A stretch of 64,000 bases of DNA from Hydrurus foetidus (taxonomy: Eukaryota): the NCBI GenBank assembly GCA_900617105.1, contig UYFQ01000001.1, positions 1,426,001 through 1,490,000 on the forward strand. Reading direction: 5' to 3'. The notes under the pieces are model-generated. The model searched no databases. It was given only the letters and a program-made list of their open reading frames with translations, and was not told the DNA's origin. Each line of letters opens with the position of its first letter. Within the stretch, counting starts at the first letter, position 1. The translations under genes and the position numbers were made by a program. This document shows positions 9,846-20,762 of the stretch, piece after piece.

Positions 9846-10727
9846 TCAATTCGGAAAAAGGTCGCGCACCCGCGCGAAAGGCAAGCCAGTCTCGGCTGCC
9901 CTTCGCACCTTTCTTTCGAGAACATGGTTGAGCGGTAGCTCGCGACTCAGAGTATCGGAAAGGTCAAGACCATCCATGCAGATCACGCGCTTGCCCCGGC
10001 CAAACGCCGCAAGGCCGTCTTCGGTGAACCCGCTATTGCTCACAAAAAGGCCTCGCGTCCACGCTGCCTTCTGCTCGAGCTTTCCGTGAAAAGTATGCAA
10101 GTCCGCCGCGCCCGTCGGAGAGGCCTGCCACTTGGCCTCCACCAGATAAATTTCACCTTGAAGCACAAAGCTCCCATCGATCTGCTCGCCTTTAAGTCGA
10201 AAAGGATCACGGGCCTCAAGGCCATACACATTGAATAGATCGCGCAGCAAAGTTTCGAAGGCATAGCCGCGCGCTTGCGCCGCGAGCTGGGTTAAAGCAA
10301 CCAATTCGTTGCGCAAAGTGACGAGCCGGGGGCGATCAAACGCAGGTTCGGGGGCCTGCCCTATGGGCGATGCCCCCCCTGCTTTGCCTTCCAGGCGGTT
10401 GATCAAGGTCAGCAGTCGACCATGCGCGTTCTCCACCGAATCAACTTTTTGATTCGATGCTCGTCTGGCTTCACGGTATTCCCACAATGCCTTAAGCGTT
10501 CGAACCGCAGTCGGCGCGTCGACCTTTTGGAGGAAACAACGAAGCCTTTTGCCTTTGGATCGCCCGTTTTCCGCATAAACGGGGTCGTCGATGTCGCAGT
10601 TGAGCTCTTGCGCAAAAAATTGCCCAAATGTTCGATCTGAAAAATCCAAGACATAGCCTCCCCCCATCTCGAATAGGTCGTCGAGAAGGATGAAGTCAAT
10701 TGCTCTAATGCTCTGTATCACTGTCAA
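9846..10727 (-). CDS. AbiJ-N-terminal-like domain fused to Mrr-like PD-(D/E)xK endonuclease
   Basis: GGYVLDFSDRTF..FF N-terminus; RGYAFE...QIDGSF...LVEAKW nuclease core. Confidence 0.75.
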   Translation of the reverse strand: MTVIQSIRAIDFILLDDLFEMGGGYVLDFSDRTFGQFFAQELNCDIDDPVYAENGRSKGKRLRCFLQKVDAPTAVRTLKALWEYREARRASNQKVDSVENAHGRLLTLINRLEGKAGGASPIGQAPEPAFDRPRLVTLRNELVALTQLAAQARGYAFETLLRDLFNVYGLEARDPFRLKGEQIDGSFVLQGEIYLVEAKWQASPTGAADLHTFHGKLEQKAAWTRGLFVSNSGFTEDGLAAFGRGKRVICMDGLDLSDTLSRELPLNHVLERKVRRAAETGLPFARVRDLFPN

Positions 10728-10748
10728 TTTAATCCCTGTCCAGTCTGA

Positions 10749-12725
10749 TTAAGCCAACAGATTGTTATAGGCCTGCACAAGCTTTTCAAACCGATCAAGC
10801 GTTGCCACTACGGCCGGTGTTTCTTGGTCAAGAACGTCCGGGTTTTTGAGCAGCCACCTTGCTGGACCGAAGTGATCAAACTCGGTGACTTCGGCCGGCA
10901 TGAGCTTGAAGAGGGCCTCTGCCTTCTTGACCGACCTTGGTGTGTTGACATCAGCATTCATTAAGCTGTCAACCGATACTTGGTGGGTGCTCGGCGGCGC
11001 ATAGGCGCCGTTGAGTATCGCCACAAACAACTCCGGCTCAAATAGGTCCTCCACGTCGGCCTCGGATTGAGTCAGAAAATCGGCGACGGTGAAAAACTGT
11101 CCCGCCTTCATAATGTCTGACCTGCGCAGTTTGTCGATCTTGCCCAACTCACCCTTTGCAATATCTGAAAGAACCGCAACATTGATCTTGTTGCCGCCAA
11201 AGAGGCGCACAAAAGGCGCTATCTTGTCGATGCCTCCGACAGGACAAATCGTCCACTTGTCACTTAAACCTTCCTTGCCACGCTTTCTCAAGGCTTGCGA
11301 CACGACTTGCAGGTAGATGATGTCCGAGGCGCCTTCAACCAGCAGTGTGTTCGCTCCGATAAAGAGCGATTGGGTGATCTCATAGCCAAGAGCAGCTTGG
11401 AGCGGGAACAACGTGTCCTCGTTGACTTCCAACACGTCGGCATTGACCTTCGTCCCTTTAACCAACGGTCTGTTTCCACTGTGATCAATCACATCTTCAA
11501 CAATGCGCACGTCGGCGAGACGGTCCATGGGGACCATGAATGGCGAGTGTGTTGTGAAGATGACTTGGTGTTCAGGCAGCAACCGCTCGTTGATGTAGCG
11601 CAGCAAGTCGCCCTGTGCGCGACCATGAAGCGTCAAGCCTGGCTCATCCAACAGGATGATTGCATTGCCATTGCTTTTCTTGAGCTGTTTAAACTGGGCA
11701 AGAAAAGAGAAGAACCACACAAATCCTGCGCTGCGTTCAGACAGCGGCAAAGTGGCTTTGTGGTTTGTGTTTCGAATGCGAATCTGAGCGACCGTGCCGC
11801 TGTTAAACGGCGGCTTGTCAGCCGGCTTGCCCGGATCAAAGTCGATCACAACTTCAAGAGCATTGTTCTGGCTCCAAAAATTGAATATTTCATCAGTGAT
11901 GTCATTGCCCGCCGACTCGCAACGCGCTTTCAATGCTTCTCGTTTATCGGCGCCCACCAGTTCTTCCAAGGTTGTTCCCGAATATTCGAGAAAGTCGAGG
12001 AAAATCCGATCACCAACCGAAACCAAATTTGAGGCGCGGTCCTTCTGCAACTGCTCAATGGAGACCTCGCCAGACATTCTTTCAAAGTGTGATGTATAGA
12101 AGAATTGAGGCATTCTTGCGCTAAGAAGATCAAGGACTTCAAGAATGAATTTGGAATCACGGCAAGATCGGATGTCTTGCAACAAGGCCTCCTGACTTGG
12201 TGTCCTGGTCGCTAGCGCAGCCAACGCCGCATCTGCGCTCGGCCCATCTTTGGCTTCGTTCAGGGCACTCTTATCCTCATCGTCCAATTCATGCTTTGCG
12301 ACTAGGAACTCCAGACACTTTGCATCATTAATGCTGAGGTCCCACACGCGTTTATCGCCCTCGTAGCGAAAGCCAAAACTCGCTTGAAACACATCTCCAT
12401 TCAGCACGCCGGGACCAAATCGTTTTTCAATTTCTTCCTTATCACCATCGTCGAGTCTCCACCACGTTCTGACGACCTCCGCCTTTCCAGCGGGGTGTCG
12501 CTCGGAAAACCTCACGGCAAATCGGCGGGGATAGTCGGTGGTTTCGTCATATTTGAACGACTGCTGATTGGGCGACGGCTTAAGCCCACGCAAAGCGTTG
12601 AGCAATGCGGTTTTCCCAGCCTCGTTCTTACCGACAAGGCAGGTCATATCCCCGATGTCAAATTCCCCACTGTCTTCGACGGATCGATAATTCTGAACGC
12701 GCGCTTTGAATAGCTTCATGGTCAC
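10749..12725 (-). CDS. OLD-family-like ABC ATPase-TOPRIM nuclease
   Basis: VQNYRSV, GKNEAGKT, LLDEPGLTLH, TTHSPF, TOPRIM LLVEGASD and DVEDLF. Confidence 0.85.
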   Translation of the reverse strand: MTMKLFKARVQNYRSVEDSGEFDIGDMTCLVGKNEAGKTALLNALRGLKPSPNQQSFKYDETTDYPRRFAVRFSERHPAGKAEVVRTWWRLDDGDKEEIEKRFGPGVLNGDVFQASFGFRYEGDKRVWDLSINDAKCLEFLVAKHELDDEDKSALNEAKDGPSADAALAALATRTPSQEALLQDIRSCRDSKFILEVLDLLSARMPQFFYTSHFERMSGEVSIEQLQKDRASNLVSVGDRIFLDFLEYSGTTLEELVGADKREALKARCESAGNDITDEIFNFWSQNNALEVVIDFDPGKPADKPPFNSGTVAQIRIRNTNHKATLPLSERSAGFVWFFSFLAQFKQLKKSNGNAIILLDEPGLTLHGRAQGDLLRYINERLLPEHQVIFTTHSPFMVPMDRLADVRIVEDVIDHSGNRPLVKGTKVNADVLEVNEDTLFPLQAALGYEITQSLFIGANTLLVEGASDIIYLQVVSQALRKRGKEGLSDKWTICPVGGIDKIAPFVRLFGGNKINVAVLSDIAKGELGKIDKLRRSDIMKAGQFFTVADFLTQSEADVEDLFEPELFVAILNGAYAPPSTHQVSVDSLMNADVNTPRSVKKAEALFKLMPAEVTEFDHFGPARWLLKNPDVLDQETPAVVATLDRFEKLVQAYNNLLA

Positions 12726-12798
12726 CCTTTGTTGTTGATGTTTGTCTTATCCCTTGCTGTCACTCGCCTTTTGCTTTATTACATCCATTCTTAAACCT

Positions 12799-14880
12799 CT
12801 ATTCGAGGTCGTCCAAAAACTCGGACGCAGGCCCGCCGCTTGTGATCAACAAGTGATCGCGGGCGCGTGTGATCGCAACATAAAGCAAATGCCGCTCTGT
12901 GGCGTAGACCTCGGCAAGGTCTGCCTCATCTGTGATGTCGTCAATACGCTCTTGCAACGGCACGATATCGTCGTCGCAAGCCATGACAACGACTGACCTG
13001 AACTCCAAGCCTTTGGCCAGGTGCATCGTGCAGACGCAGACCTTGCCATTCGCGCTCGCGCTCTTTGAGTCAATGACCCGATAAGGCATCCCGGCGGCCG
13101 ACACCGCGTCTTGCGCGCGTTGCAACTCGGCCTCGGACCTAACGATCACACCGATCTCATGCGGAGCTACACCCTGCGCGGATATTTCTTTGATCCATTT
13201 CGCGACTTCATCGCGTTCTTGGCCCGCGTTTAACAATCGAAGAATGAGGGGATCAGGCCCATTGAATACGGAGACCGTGCCTTTGCGTGTCTCGGTATTG
13301 CCATCAATGTCCGACACGTCGGGACCAAGCAAACGGTCGGCCCGCTGCCGAATCTGATGCGACGTTCTGTAGTTCACCGTAAGCGTCCGCGACCTACCGC
13401 GTATATCGACTCCCACGGCCTTCCACGAGAACGGTAGCTGGAAAATCCGCTGCCCCAAGTCTCCCGCAAAGAAAAGCCCGTCGGGTTTGGCTCCCGCAAT
13501 CGTGGCAACAAACGAGAGCTGCATTGGGGTGATGTCTTGCGCCTCATCGATCACGACGAAATCGAACGGTGGACGCTGAGTCGCTTTGAAACGCTCCGTC
13601 AGAGCAGAGAACATTCCCGCATAGGTCACCCTTCCGCCTGCTGCCAAGTCCTTATTGACTTGCTCAAAAACCGACCAAAGGTCAAGACGCAACTTCTCGG
13701 AAAGACGCGTTTTGCGGCCCAACCTTTTGACATCACGATACCCTTCCCATGTCGCAAGCTGATTGGCGTCAACTATCTCCCACCATTCACTTGCAACGAA
13801 AGCATTGGAGAGCTTGACCTGAGGATGTTCCAAAATGGCTTTTTCAATAATAGGACCCAACACTTCCGGATCAGCAAGTTTGAGTTTCCCAAACTGTTGA
13901 ACATACAACCGCTCGGCCACCGCATTGAGCGCACCAACTTCCATGCGTTCAGCAAGCCTTGGTTCACTGCTCAATAGCCTTCGCAATCGGTCATGCAAGG
14001 CGTTGGCAAGCGTATCGGAGAAGGTTGCCAAGAGCGTCCTGCTCTCAGGAGACCTTTTGGCGAGAAAGACGGCCCGATGTAGCGCGACAATGGTCTTTCC
14101 AGTTCCCGCAGAGCCTGATACGCGCGCGGGGCCAGAATAATCCCGCTCGACAAGCTGCCGCTGCGCCGGGTGAAGAAAAACGGTCCACTTGTCCCAAGGG
14201 AAATCGAGAGCAGCTTTGAGCTCGTCAATGTCCGCCATGACCCTGAACCGGCGCAATGCATCTGGATGCTCGAAGGGGTCAGCGCCTTTGGGCGCCACAG
14301 GTGCAAACTTTGGCTCGTTGCCAGTCGCAAGCTCAAGCAGCGCTTCCGAGGCCTCGCTTGGTAGGCGTTCAGCGATTTCAAGCAAGGTGTCCTCATTGGC
14401 CGATTTCACCTCAGCAAGCCAATCAAGGGGAACACCATACGAAAGCAATTTGTCGTCCGAAATGCCCGCGAAAAGCAGTGGCTTCGGCTTGGCCTCGGGC
14501 GTCGAGACTTCCGGGCCATCCACATAGCGCGGTATGACTATTTCCTCGATCCGCTCACGCACTTCGACAAGTTGAGCCGCGCCAGTCTTGGGGTGAACCT
14601 CAAGCTTGCGGCGTTCGGCCCAGTCATACGCTTTGTCGTGATGGTCCACGTAGCAAAGCAAGAAGCTCGCATCCGTGCGATGGACGATGAGCCGGATGTC
14701 ATCATTGATGCGGATGGAGTGAAAATTTTTGTCCCGCGCCTTTTTCAAGGAATGAAAGCTCATGCCCGGCGTCATCGGGTTCATCTGGAGGTCGAAGGCC
14801 GTATTCTTGACGGCCTTCTGCTCGTCTGGCGTCATCCGCGCCAGGCTGTCGGTAAATGTGTCGGCAATTCGAAAGTCCAT
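12799..14880 (-). CDS. UvrD-like SF1 helicase with N-terminal RelE/ParE-like domain
   Basis: GSAGTGKT, IDEAQD, GDLGQRI, NYRTS, TMHLAKGLEF, YVAITRAR; N-terminal SIRINDDIRLIV...YVDHHDKAY. Confidence 0.85.
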   Translation of the reverse strand: MDFRIADTFTDSLARMTPDEQKAVKNTAFDLQMNPMTPGMSFHSLKKARDKNFHSIRINDDIRLIVHRTDASFLLCYVDHHDKAYDWAERRKLEVHPKTGAAQLVEVRERIEEIVIPRYVDGPEVSTPEAKPKPLLFAGISDDKLLSYGVPLDWLAEVKSANEDTLLEIAERLPSEASEALLELATGNEPKFAPVAPKGADPFEHPDALRRFRVMADIDELKAALDFPWDKWTVFLHPAQRQLVERDYSGPARVSGSAGTGKTIVALHRAVFLAKRSPESRTLLATFSDTLANALHDRLRRLLSSEPRLAERMEVGALNAVAERLYVQQFGKLKLADPEVLGPIIEKAILEHPQVKLSNAFVASEWWEIVDANQLATWEGYRDVKRLGRKTRLSEKLRLDLWSVFEQVNKDLAAGGRVTYAGMFSALTERFKATQRPPFDFVVIDEAQDITPMQLSFVATIAGAKPDGLFFAGDLGQRIFQLPFSWKAVGVDIRGRSRTLTVNYRTSHQIRQRADRLLGPDVSDIDGNTETRKGTVSVFNGPDPLILRLLNAGQERDEVAKWIKEISAQGVAPHEIGVIVRSEAELQRAQDAVSAAGMPYRVIDSKSASANGKVCVCTMHLAKGLEFRSVVVMACDDDIVPLQERIDDITDEADLAEVYATERHLLYVAITRARDHLLITSGGPASEFLDDLE

Positions 14881-14882
14881 GC

Positions 14883-17669
14883 TTATGCCCTAAACACTTT
14901 CATCACTTCATCACCAAGGTGGTTGATCACTTTGACTGCGATACGCCCAGTTTTAGGCTTGTCAAACGGCCTCGATGTGTCGCTGTTGAGGCTGTCCCAT
15001 GCGTCCCGGTCAATTTCGGCCTTAAGCGTGGTTTTCAATGAGCTGTAAGGGTCGTTGGCCCCAAGGAAATAGGCATGGCGCACAAAGAAGCTCTCCTCGT
15101 TGTAATCCGTATCGAGGAACCAGCAGGCTATGCCCTCGGGGCCGTCACTGCGCACTTCACCGGACTGCGGATGGAACACATCCACACCGTTGACTTTGAT
15201 TTTGAGGCGCCCGTCATCGAGCGTAATTAAGTCAATGTCGGGCTCCCCGAAGATCACGAACAGATTCCCCTTGCCGGTATTTTTCAAATCCTCCGCCATG
15301 TGGAGATCAGCATTCATGCGAGCCTTGAGGACTGGTATGCGGCCAAGGCTATTGAATTCGGTTGTGTGGGCCTCGAAGTTGAACGCGCAGGCGATGAGAA
15401 CGTCAAAGCCACTATCTGCTGCCTCACGTGCCGCCTCCACGAGGTCCGGGCGAGAAACGGTGCCAAATTCAGGGCCAATAAATATCGCAGCTCGACGCAT
15501 AGTTCCGAGGGCCTCGCCGTCGGTATATTGACCCTCGGCGCAAATGAATCGACCTGCCCACGCGTGCAACGCTACAAAATTGATCTTCGCATCCTTGGCA
15601 GCCTGTTGAACGCCAGATGATTTCAAGTTATCAAGGATGATTTGCGTGAAAGACTGCGCTGCTTCTCGCCCATCCTTTTGGGACACTGAGGGGTCAATGA
15701 TTTCATCATCCACGCCCACGGCGAGTGTGCGATGCGGGCTAAGGCTTTCGACAGTAAATGGACCCGCAACTCGAACCGTGTTGCGCTCCTCATACGGCCT
15801 GTCGTAGAGATATTCGAACTCAGCCTTGGCAGCGATGGATTTATCAATCTCGCGTTGTCGCTCGATTCGAGCTTTCCACCAGCGCGTATGAGCCTCTTTG
15901 ACACTTTCAGGCCACTTTCCATCGGCATCGCGAGGGACCTCCCAATCACGCCATTTTTTTCCAAGCGCCAGGTTGAGGTGCGTCCGACTCTCCTCGAGAT
16001 CGTTAGCCCACTTTTCCCAAATAACATCAATTTCGTGGTTGTTTGCAATGGACTTTAAGGTAATGTGAGGAACCCGCTCCACAACCAATCCCAATCGCAG
16101 GTTTCCATGGACCGGGGTGGTTTTTAGGGCTGTTCTCGAAATCTCAGCCTCCTTCATCTGTCCTGCCCTACTATCTGCAAGCACATAGTAGGGATATCTC
16201 GTGCCCATAATTCTGGAGCGAGCCAATGCTAAAGCGACGCGTGAAGTGTCAATGGTGATCCATCGGCGCCCCCACTGCTCGGAAACATTTGCGGTAGTGC
16301 CGGACCCACACGTGGGGTCGAGCACCAAGTCGCCCGGATCAGTCGCCATCAGAATGCAGCGCTGGACGATCTTTTCGTCGGTTTGAACTACGTAGACTTT
16401 GTTGAGGCCACTCCCGGTGCCAGTATCGGACCAGATATTGGTGATTGGAAATGCGCTCCAGTCGCTTAGGAGTCGCTGATAACTGATGGTCGACGCGGAG
16501 CCCTGAATTCGGTCTGCCTTGATGGCCCGCTCAAGTGCCTCCTTGGGCATACCCCACCAGCGCGACTTGCTGTTGTATACCTGCCCCTGAAACTCAATGT
16601 CGTATTTCGCTCCCGGACCTGGCTTGGTGAGGTCTCCATAACGCAGTGCGGTGAGGCCGGGCGGGATTGAGGATGGGTCTTCGATCTCGTCTTTGGTTAG
16701 TCTGCGAATCACACCATCGTCGGACTTTGCGTATTGGTAGGCTCCCGCTCCCTCACCATCCAGTGCTTTGGGTTTAAAAAGTTGGCGATATTTCAGCGAG
16801 CTTGCATTTTTGGCATACATCAAAATGAAATCGTTCTGGCGTGGCAGCGTGTTGGCGCCCATTCCTGATGACTTCACAACGACAATTTCAGAAATGAAAT
16901 TACCATCGCCAAAAACTTCGTCCATTACCGCCCTGACACGGTGAACATTTTCGTCGCCGATCTGCACAAAAATCGAACCGGACTCAGTAAGCAAATCCCG
17001 CGCGACAACCAACCGATCGCGCAAATATGTTAGGTAGCTGTGGATACCATCGCGCCATGTGTCTCGGAATGCTTTGACCTGCTCAGGTTCCCGTGTAATG
17101 TGGTCGCTCTTTCCATCCTTTACATCCTTGGTTGTGGTGGACCACTGGAAATTGCTATTGAACTTGATGCCGTATGGCGGGTCAAAATAAACGCATTGCA
17201 CCTTGCCTCTAAGCCCTTCGCGCTCAGACAGGCTCGCCATCACTTGCAGCGAGTCACCAAGAATCATTCGGTTGGTCCAATTTTGGTCGTGCTGATAGAA
17301 CTCCGTTTTATCGGCGTCTTTGGGAATGCCGTTGAAGTCCGAAAATAAGTCTGCTGTGATTTGGCCTTGCTCATGCTGCGCCTCGCGTGTATGCCGGAGC
17401 AAATCGTCGATCAGCGCTTTGGGGTGAACTTTCTCTTGAATGAATATAGGGGGCGCGTTCACAACCAAATCACCCATATCTTGCGCATCCTTGCCGCGCC
17501 AGACCAGTTGCGGATCGAGGTCCTTGTTTCTGCGATCGTAGGCGACTTGGACGGTCTGCTTTTGCGCAGTCCCCATCACCGACTGGAGCTCGGCGGTCGG
17601 AATATTCTTTCGCCGTTCTTCTTCGTGTTTGAAGACTTCAACGGTCTTTTGTATTGTTGGTTTGCTCAT
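14883..17669 (-). CDS. Site-specific DNA amino-methyltransferase (type III Mod-like, beta class)
   Basis: YFDPPYG precedes LDPTCGSGTT; C-terminal IAVKVINHLGDE; start overlaps the stop of the upstream Res-like gene. Confidence 0.9.
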   Translation of the reverse strand: MSKPTIQKTVEVFKHEEERRKNIPTAELQSVMGTAQKQTVQVAYDRRNKDLDPQLVWRGKDAQDMGDLVVNAPPIFIQEKVHPKALIDDLLRHTREAQHEQGQITADLFSDFNGIPKDADKTEFYQHDQNWTNRMILGDSLQVMASLSEREGLRGKVQCVYFDPPYGIKFNSNFQWSTTTKDVKDGKSDHITREPEQVKAFRDTWRDGIHSYLTYLRDRLVVARDLLTESGSIFVQIGDENVHRVRAVMDEVFGDGNFISEIVVVKSSGMGANTLPRQNDFILMYAKNASSLKYRQLFKPKALDGEGAGAYQYAKSDDGVIRRLTKDEIEDPSSIPPGLTALRYGDLTKPGPGAKYDIEFQGQVYNSKSRWWGMPKEALERAIKADRIQGSASTISYQRLLSDWSAFPITNIWSDTGTGSGLNKVYVVQTDEKIVQRCILMATDPGDLVLDPTCGSGTTANVSEQWGRRWITIDTSRVALALARSRIMGTRYPYYVLADSRAGQMKEAEISRTALKTTPVHGNLRLGLVVERVPHITLKSIANNHEIDVIWEKWANDLEESRTHLNLALGKKWRDWEVPRDADGKWPESVKEAHTRWWKARIERQREIDKSIAAKAEFEYLYDRPYEERNTVRVAGPFTVESLSPHRTLAVGVDDEIIDPSVSQKDGREAAQSFTQIILDNLKSSGVQQAAKDAKINFVALHAWAGRFICAEGQYTDGEALGTMRRAAIFIGPEFGTVSRPDLVEAAREAADSGFDVLIACAFNFEAHTTEFNSLGRIPVLKARMNADLHMAEDLKNTGKGNLFVIFGEPDIDLITLDDGRLKIKVNGVDVFHPQSGEVRSDGPEGIACWFLDTDYNEESFFVRHAYFLGANDPYSSLKTTLKAEIDRDAWDSLNSDTSRPFDKPKTGRIAVKVINHLGDEVMKVFRA

Positions 17670-20600
17670 GCTTTAAATCCCTTTTTTGCAGGCGCTTGCG
17701 TTGCCGCCTCAATCATTTTTTTGAACCGGCTCTCGACTTCTTTCTCGAAGTCGCTGCCCATCGTGTAAATATCGACGAATTCGGCAAACGCCCACCGTCC
17801 GAAACCTCCTAAGTGATTAACACCGGGGACCCAGTAGGTGTCCATGGTCTCTTTCTTGATCTTGGCATCCTCGCCACGGTAGCCCTTGATTTCGACGATC
17901 AGGTTGAGTAGGTCGTCCTCACCATGCCCATCGTCAACTCGCACAACGAAGTCCGGGATATACCGTCGCATTTCAGGACCGTAGCGATACGGAACCTCAA
18001 GACCAAGGCCTTGATTCTTGACATAGGACCGCACCAACGGATGCTTTTCGGCGATACGACAGAACTCGCCTTCCCACTCACTGTCCAACACTGCCCAATT
18101 GACGTGCGACTTGTCCGCGCTGGTCTGCCAACGCAAGAGCTTTGACGTGTTGAAGTTGACATCCGAAGTATTCCCCTCCGGGTTGTAGGGGTCCAAAACG
18201 GCCTCAATGGGACAAGTGCCGACAAATTCGGCAGTGATGCCCGCAATGATCTTGTTGCTCGCCATGTCTGCGAGCATCTTGTATTTGAGCTGAGCGGGGT
18301 AAGTCCCGCCCTTGCATACAAGGTATCCGTCAATCCATTGTTTGACGATTCGCTTGAGTTGCCCAAACTGATGAAGTCGTGGATCGCCATTGGCGTCTCG
18401 CCACTTCGTGAGGACAAGATGGGATGTGAGGTCGTAAATGACTTGGGATGGGCGCACATCCCCCGTGTGGACCAAATTGAGGTCCACCGCCTGGCCGATG
18501 ATCCCTGAGACGCGCGTCTCAGTGGCGCCCACCAAGTCCGGCGTCAATTCCAACGTCGAGTCGGAATTGAACGAGGCACGAAGCTCGTCCTTCGGAAGTT
18601 CGACCCGATACCCCTGGACCCGAGGGAATCGAATCTCCAACGCGTCACGATCGGGCCGAACCGCCTTGACTTGAATCGTCTCCCTTGGCGGTTGAGGCTT
18701 TGCAATCACTGGCTTGGCGGTGAAGTCGAAGGGAATGCCCAAGACGTCGGCGTATTCGACGTTGAAGAGCCCTTCGTCATTGAGTTCGTAGGACTGTCGG
18801 CGCAAGGCCCTGCCAATGACTTGTTCGCAAAGGAGCTGCGTGCCAAAAGCGCGCACGCCCAACACATGCGAAACGTTGTTGGCATCCCATCCCTCGGTAA
18901 GCATGGAAACCGACACCACGCACCGAATTTCGGCGCCGAGTCTGCCGTGTTTCCCAACGGTGTTCATCACCTCGCGCAGCAGCTCTTGGTCTGTCACGTT
19001 GTCAGCGGCGCGCTGGTCTCCGGTGCGCGCGATGATCTCTCGCCTAAACCGAGCGATCTCGTCCGATGCCGCACTGAGGAACGACGCGTCCAAAGCGTCG
19101 CCTGACTCAAGCTGCTCACTATCAATAAGCAAAGTCCGGGGCCGCGCGATAGGCTCCCCGTTGTCGTCAAAGTTCTGAAACAGTGGCAATCTGCCCTGTG
19201 TGAAGTGGGTGGAGCCGTCCTCCTTCTCGGTCATGCAACCAGCGATGTAGTCATAGACCAGCTTTGACGATGCGGTGTTATTGCACACGACAATGAAACA
19301 AGGCGGGACTGAAATGCCTTCCTTTTTCCAAAGCTCAAAGGTTTGCTTGTAGTGTCCATAGAGCGCGTCCAAGGCCGTTTGAAGCTGGGGCGGCATATCC
19401 GCCACGCTAAGCGTTCCCGCCTTCCCTCGACCCTTCTTCGGCATCTTCTTGCCAATGTGCTTCCACAGATTGCGGAACATCGGCATCTCTTCGCCGGGAA
19501 TGTTGTCGGCGATAGGCACTCGCGGCAGTTTGACAATGCCGCATTCGATGGCGTCCATAAGTGAAAAATCGCTCATCGTCCAAGGGAACAGAGTGCCTTC
19601 GGCATAGCCTGATCCTCGCAGAAAGAAAGGCGTGGCAGAAAGGTCGGCGACTCGCATCACGCCTATCTTGCGGTTTACCGCTTCAATGCCGGAAATCCAG
19701 AGGCGCGCCGCCTCGTTATTCTTCTTGGCTTCGTCTTTTTCTTCGCCTTTGAGGTCTGCTTCGGGCTCCGCCTGCGGCTTCTCTCGGTAGCAATGATGGG
19801 CCTCGTCGTTCAAGACAAAGACACTCTTCATGCCCATCAACTCGGGCATGACGCGCTGGATCATCTGCCCCTCGGTCTCTTCTGTGATCAGCTCGGGACC
19901 ATGGCCTTGCAGGAACGAGCGCGTCCCTTTGGAGATATCCACACGCTCGCGCAGCTTGAAGGCGTGATAGTTGGTCAAGACGATCTTGGCTTTCATGATG
20001 TCATCCATCATGTCGGCGGGCACCAGCTCGCGGCTCTTGTAGTAGCTGTCTGGATCGTTGGGCATCAGCACGCGCAACCGATCCTTGATCGTCAGACCGG
20101 GCGCAATGATCAAAAAGCCCTTGGTGAATCTCGTGCTTTGGGGATGACGCACCGCGTTGATTGTTTGCCAGGCAATGAGCATGGCCATCACGGTCGTTTT
20201 GCCCGCTCCGGTCGCAAGCTTCAATGCCAGTCGATTGAGACCGGGATTCGCGTCATTGTTTACTGCGCCAAGCTCGGCCAATAGTTGCTCTCCGACTTTG
20301 CCAAGCTGCGGAGCAACCTCGGTCAACCAAATAATGGTCTCGGCAGCTTCGACCTGACAAAAGAAGGGGCGAATGCTCGCGAACTTGTGGTTGCGCCAAT
20401 GTTCCAGAAGGCGGGCCGTCTCCGGCATCACTTTCCATTGGTTTTGCGGCAACTTTCGCCATTGGTCAACTTGTTGGCGCACGGCGTTGATCCGCGCGAT
20501 CTCGTAGCGCTGGCTGTCGGTGGACAGTCCCTCGGGGTCGCCGAAGTCAAGGCTTGTCTGCTTCTTGCCTTTGGGCTTGGGGATCGGCATGACAAACTCG

Positions 20601-20731
20601 GCCATGCGCCTCGATGGGACTACCTTTTGTGTCGGCTGCCCACTCTCGTCCAATTCCCAGTGACTGGCCGGATACGCATAGGGCGAGTTGAGAACCGGCT
20701 TCTCAAAAAATGCATTTGTCGGCGCGCTCAA
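17666..20731 (-). CDS. Type III Res-like helicase-endonuclease (BPTD_3080-like family)
   Basis: LATGAGKT, DEAHHCY, SATPF, MLTEGWDA, QVIGRALRR, C-terminal YIPDF...IVEIKG; TTG start at 20731 with GGAG RBS. Confidence 0.88.
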   Translation of the reverse strand: MSAPTNAFFEKPVLNSPYAYPASHWELDESGQPTQKVVPSRRMAEFVMPIPKPKGKKQTSLDFGDPEGLSTDSQRYEIARINAVRQQVDQWRKLPQNQWKVMPETARLLEHWRNHKFASIRPFFCQVEAAETIIWLTEVAPQLGKVGEQLLAELGAVNNDANPGLNRLALKLATGAGKTTVMAMLIAWQTINAVRHPQSTRFTKGFLIIAPGLTIKDRLRVLMPNDPDSYYKSRELVPADMMDDIMKAKIVLTNYHAFKLRERVDISKGTRSFLQGHGPELITEETEGQMIQRVMPELMGMKSVFVLNDEAHHCYREKPQAEPEADLKGEEKDEAKKNNEAARLWISGIEAVNRKIGVMRVADLSATPFFLRGSGYAEGTLFPWTMSDFSLMDAIECGIVKLPRVPIADNIPGEEMPMFRNLWKHIGKKMPKKGRGKAGTLSVADMPPQLQTALDALYGHYKQTFELWKKEGISVPPCFIVVCNNTASSKLVYDYIAGCMTEKEDGSTHFTQGRLPLFQNFDDNGEPIARPRTLLIDSEQLESGDALDASFLSAASDEIARFRREIIARTGDQRAADNVTDQELLREVMNTVGKHGRLGAEIRCVVSVSMLTEGWDANNVSHVLGVRAFGTQLLCEQVIGRALRRQSYELNDEGLFNVEYADVLGIPFDFTAKPVIAKPQPPRETIQVKAVRPDRDALEIRFPRVQGYRVELPKDELRASFNSDSTLELTPDLVGATETRVSGIIGQAVDLNLVHTGDVRPSQVIYDLTSHLVLTKWRDANGDPRLHQFGQLKRIVKQWIDGYLVCKGGTYPAQLKYKMLADMASNKIIAGITAEFVGTCPIEAVLDPYNPEGNTSDVNFNTSKLLRWQTSADKSHVNWAVLDSEWEGEFCRIAEKHPLVRSYVKNQGLGLEVPYRYGPEMRRYIPDFVVRVDDGHGEDDLLNLIVEIKGYRGEDAKIKKETMDTYWVPGVNHLGGFGRWAFAEFVDIYTMGSDFEKEVESRFKKMIEAATQAPAKKGFKA

Positions 20732-20762
20732 TTTCGCACTCCAATTGCTGCTTGTTCTAATT

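Noticed and set aside
10749..14880. Calling the ATPase-TOPRIM plus UvrD pair Gabija
   Set aside because: Gene order is reversed relative to gajA-gajB, and the helicase has a RelE-like N-terminus and is coupled to Mod; needs HMM evidence
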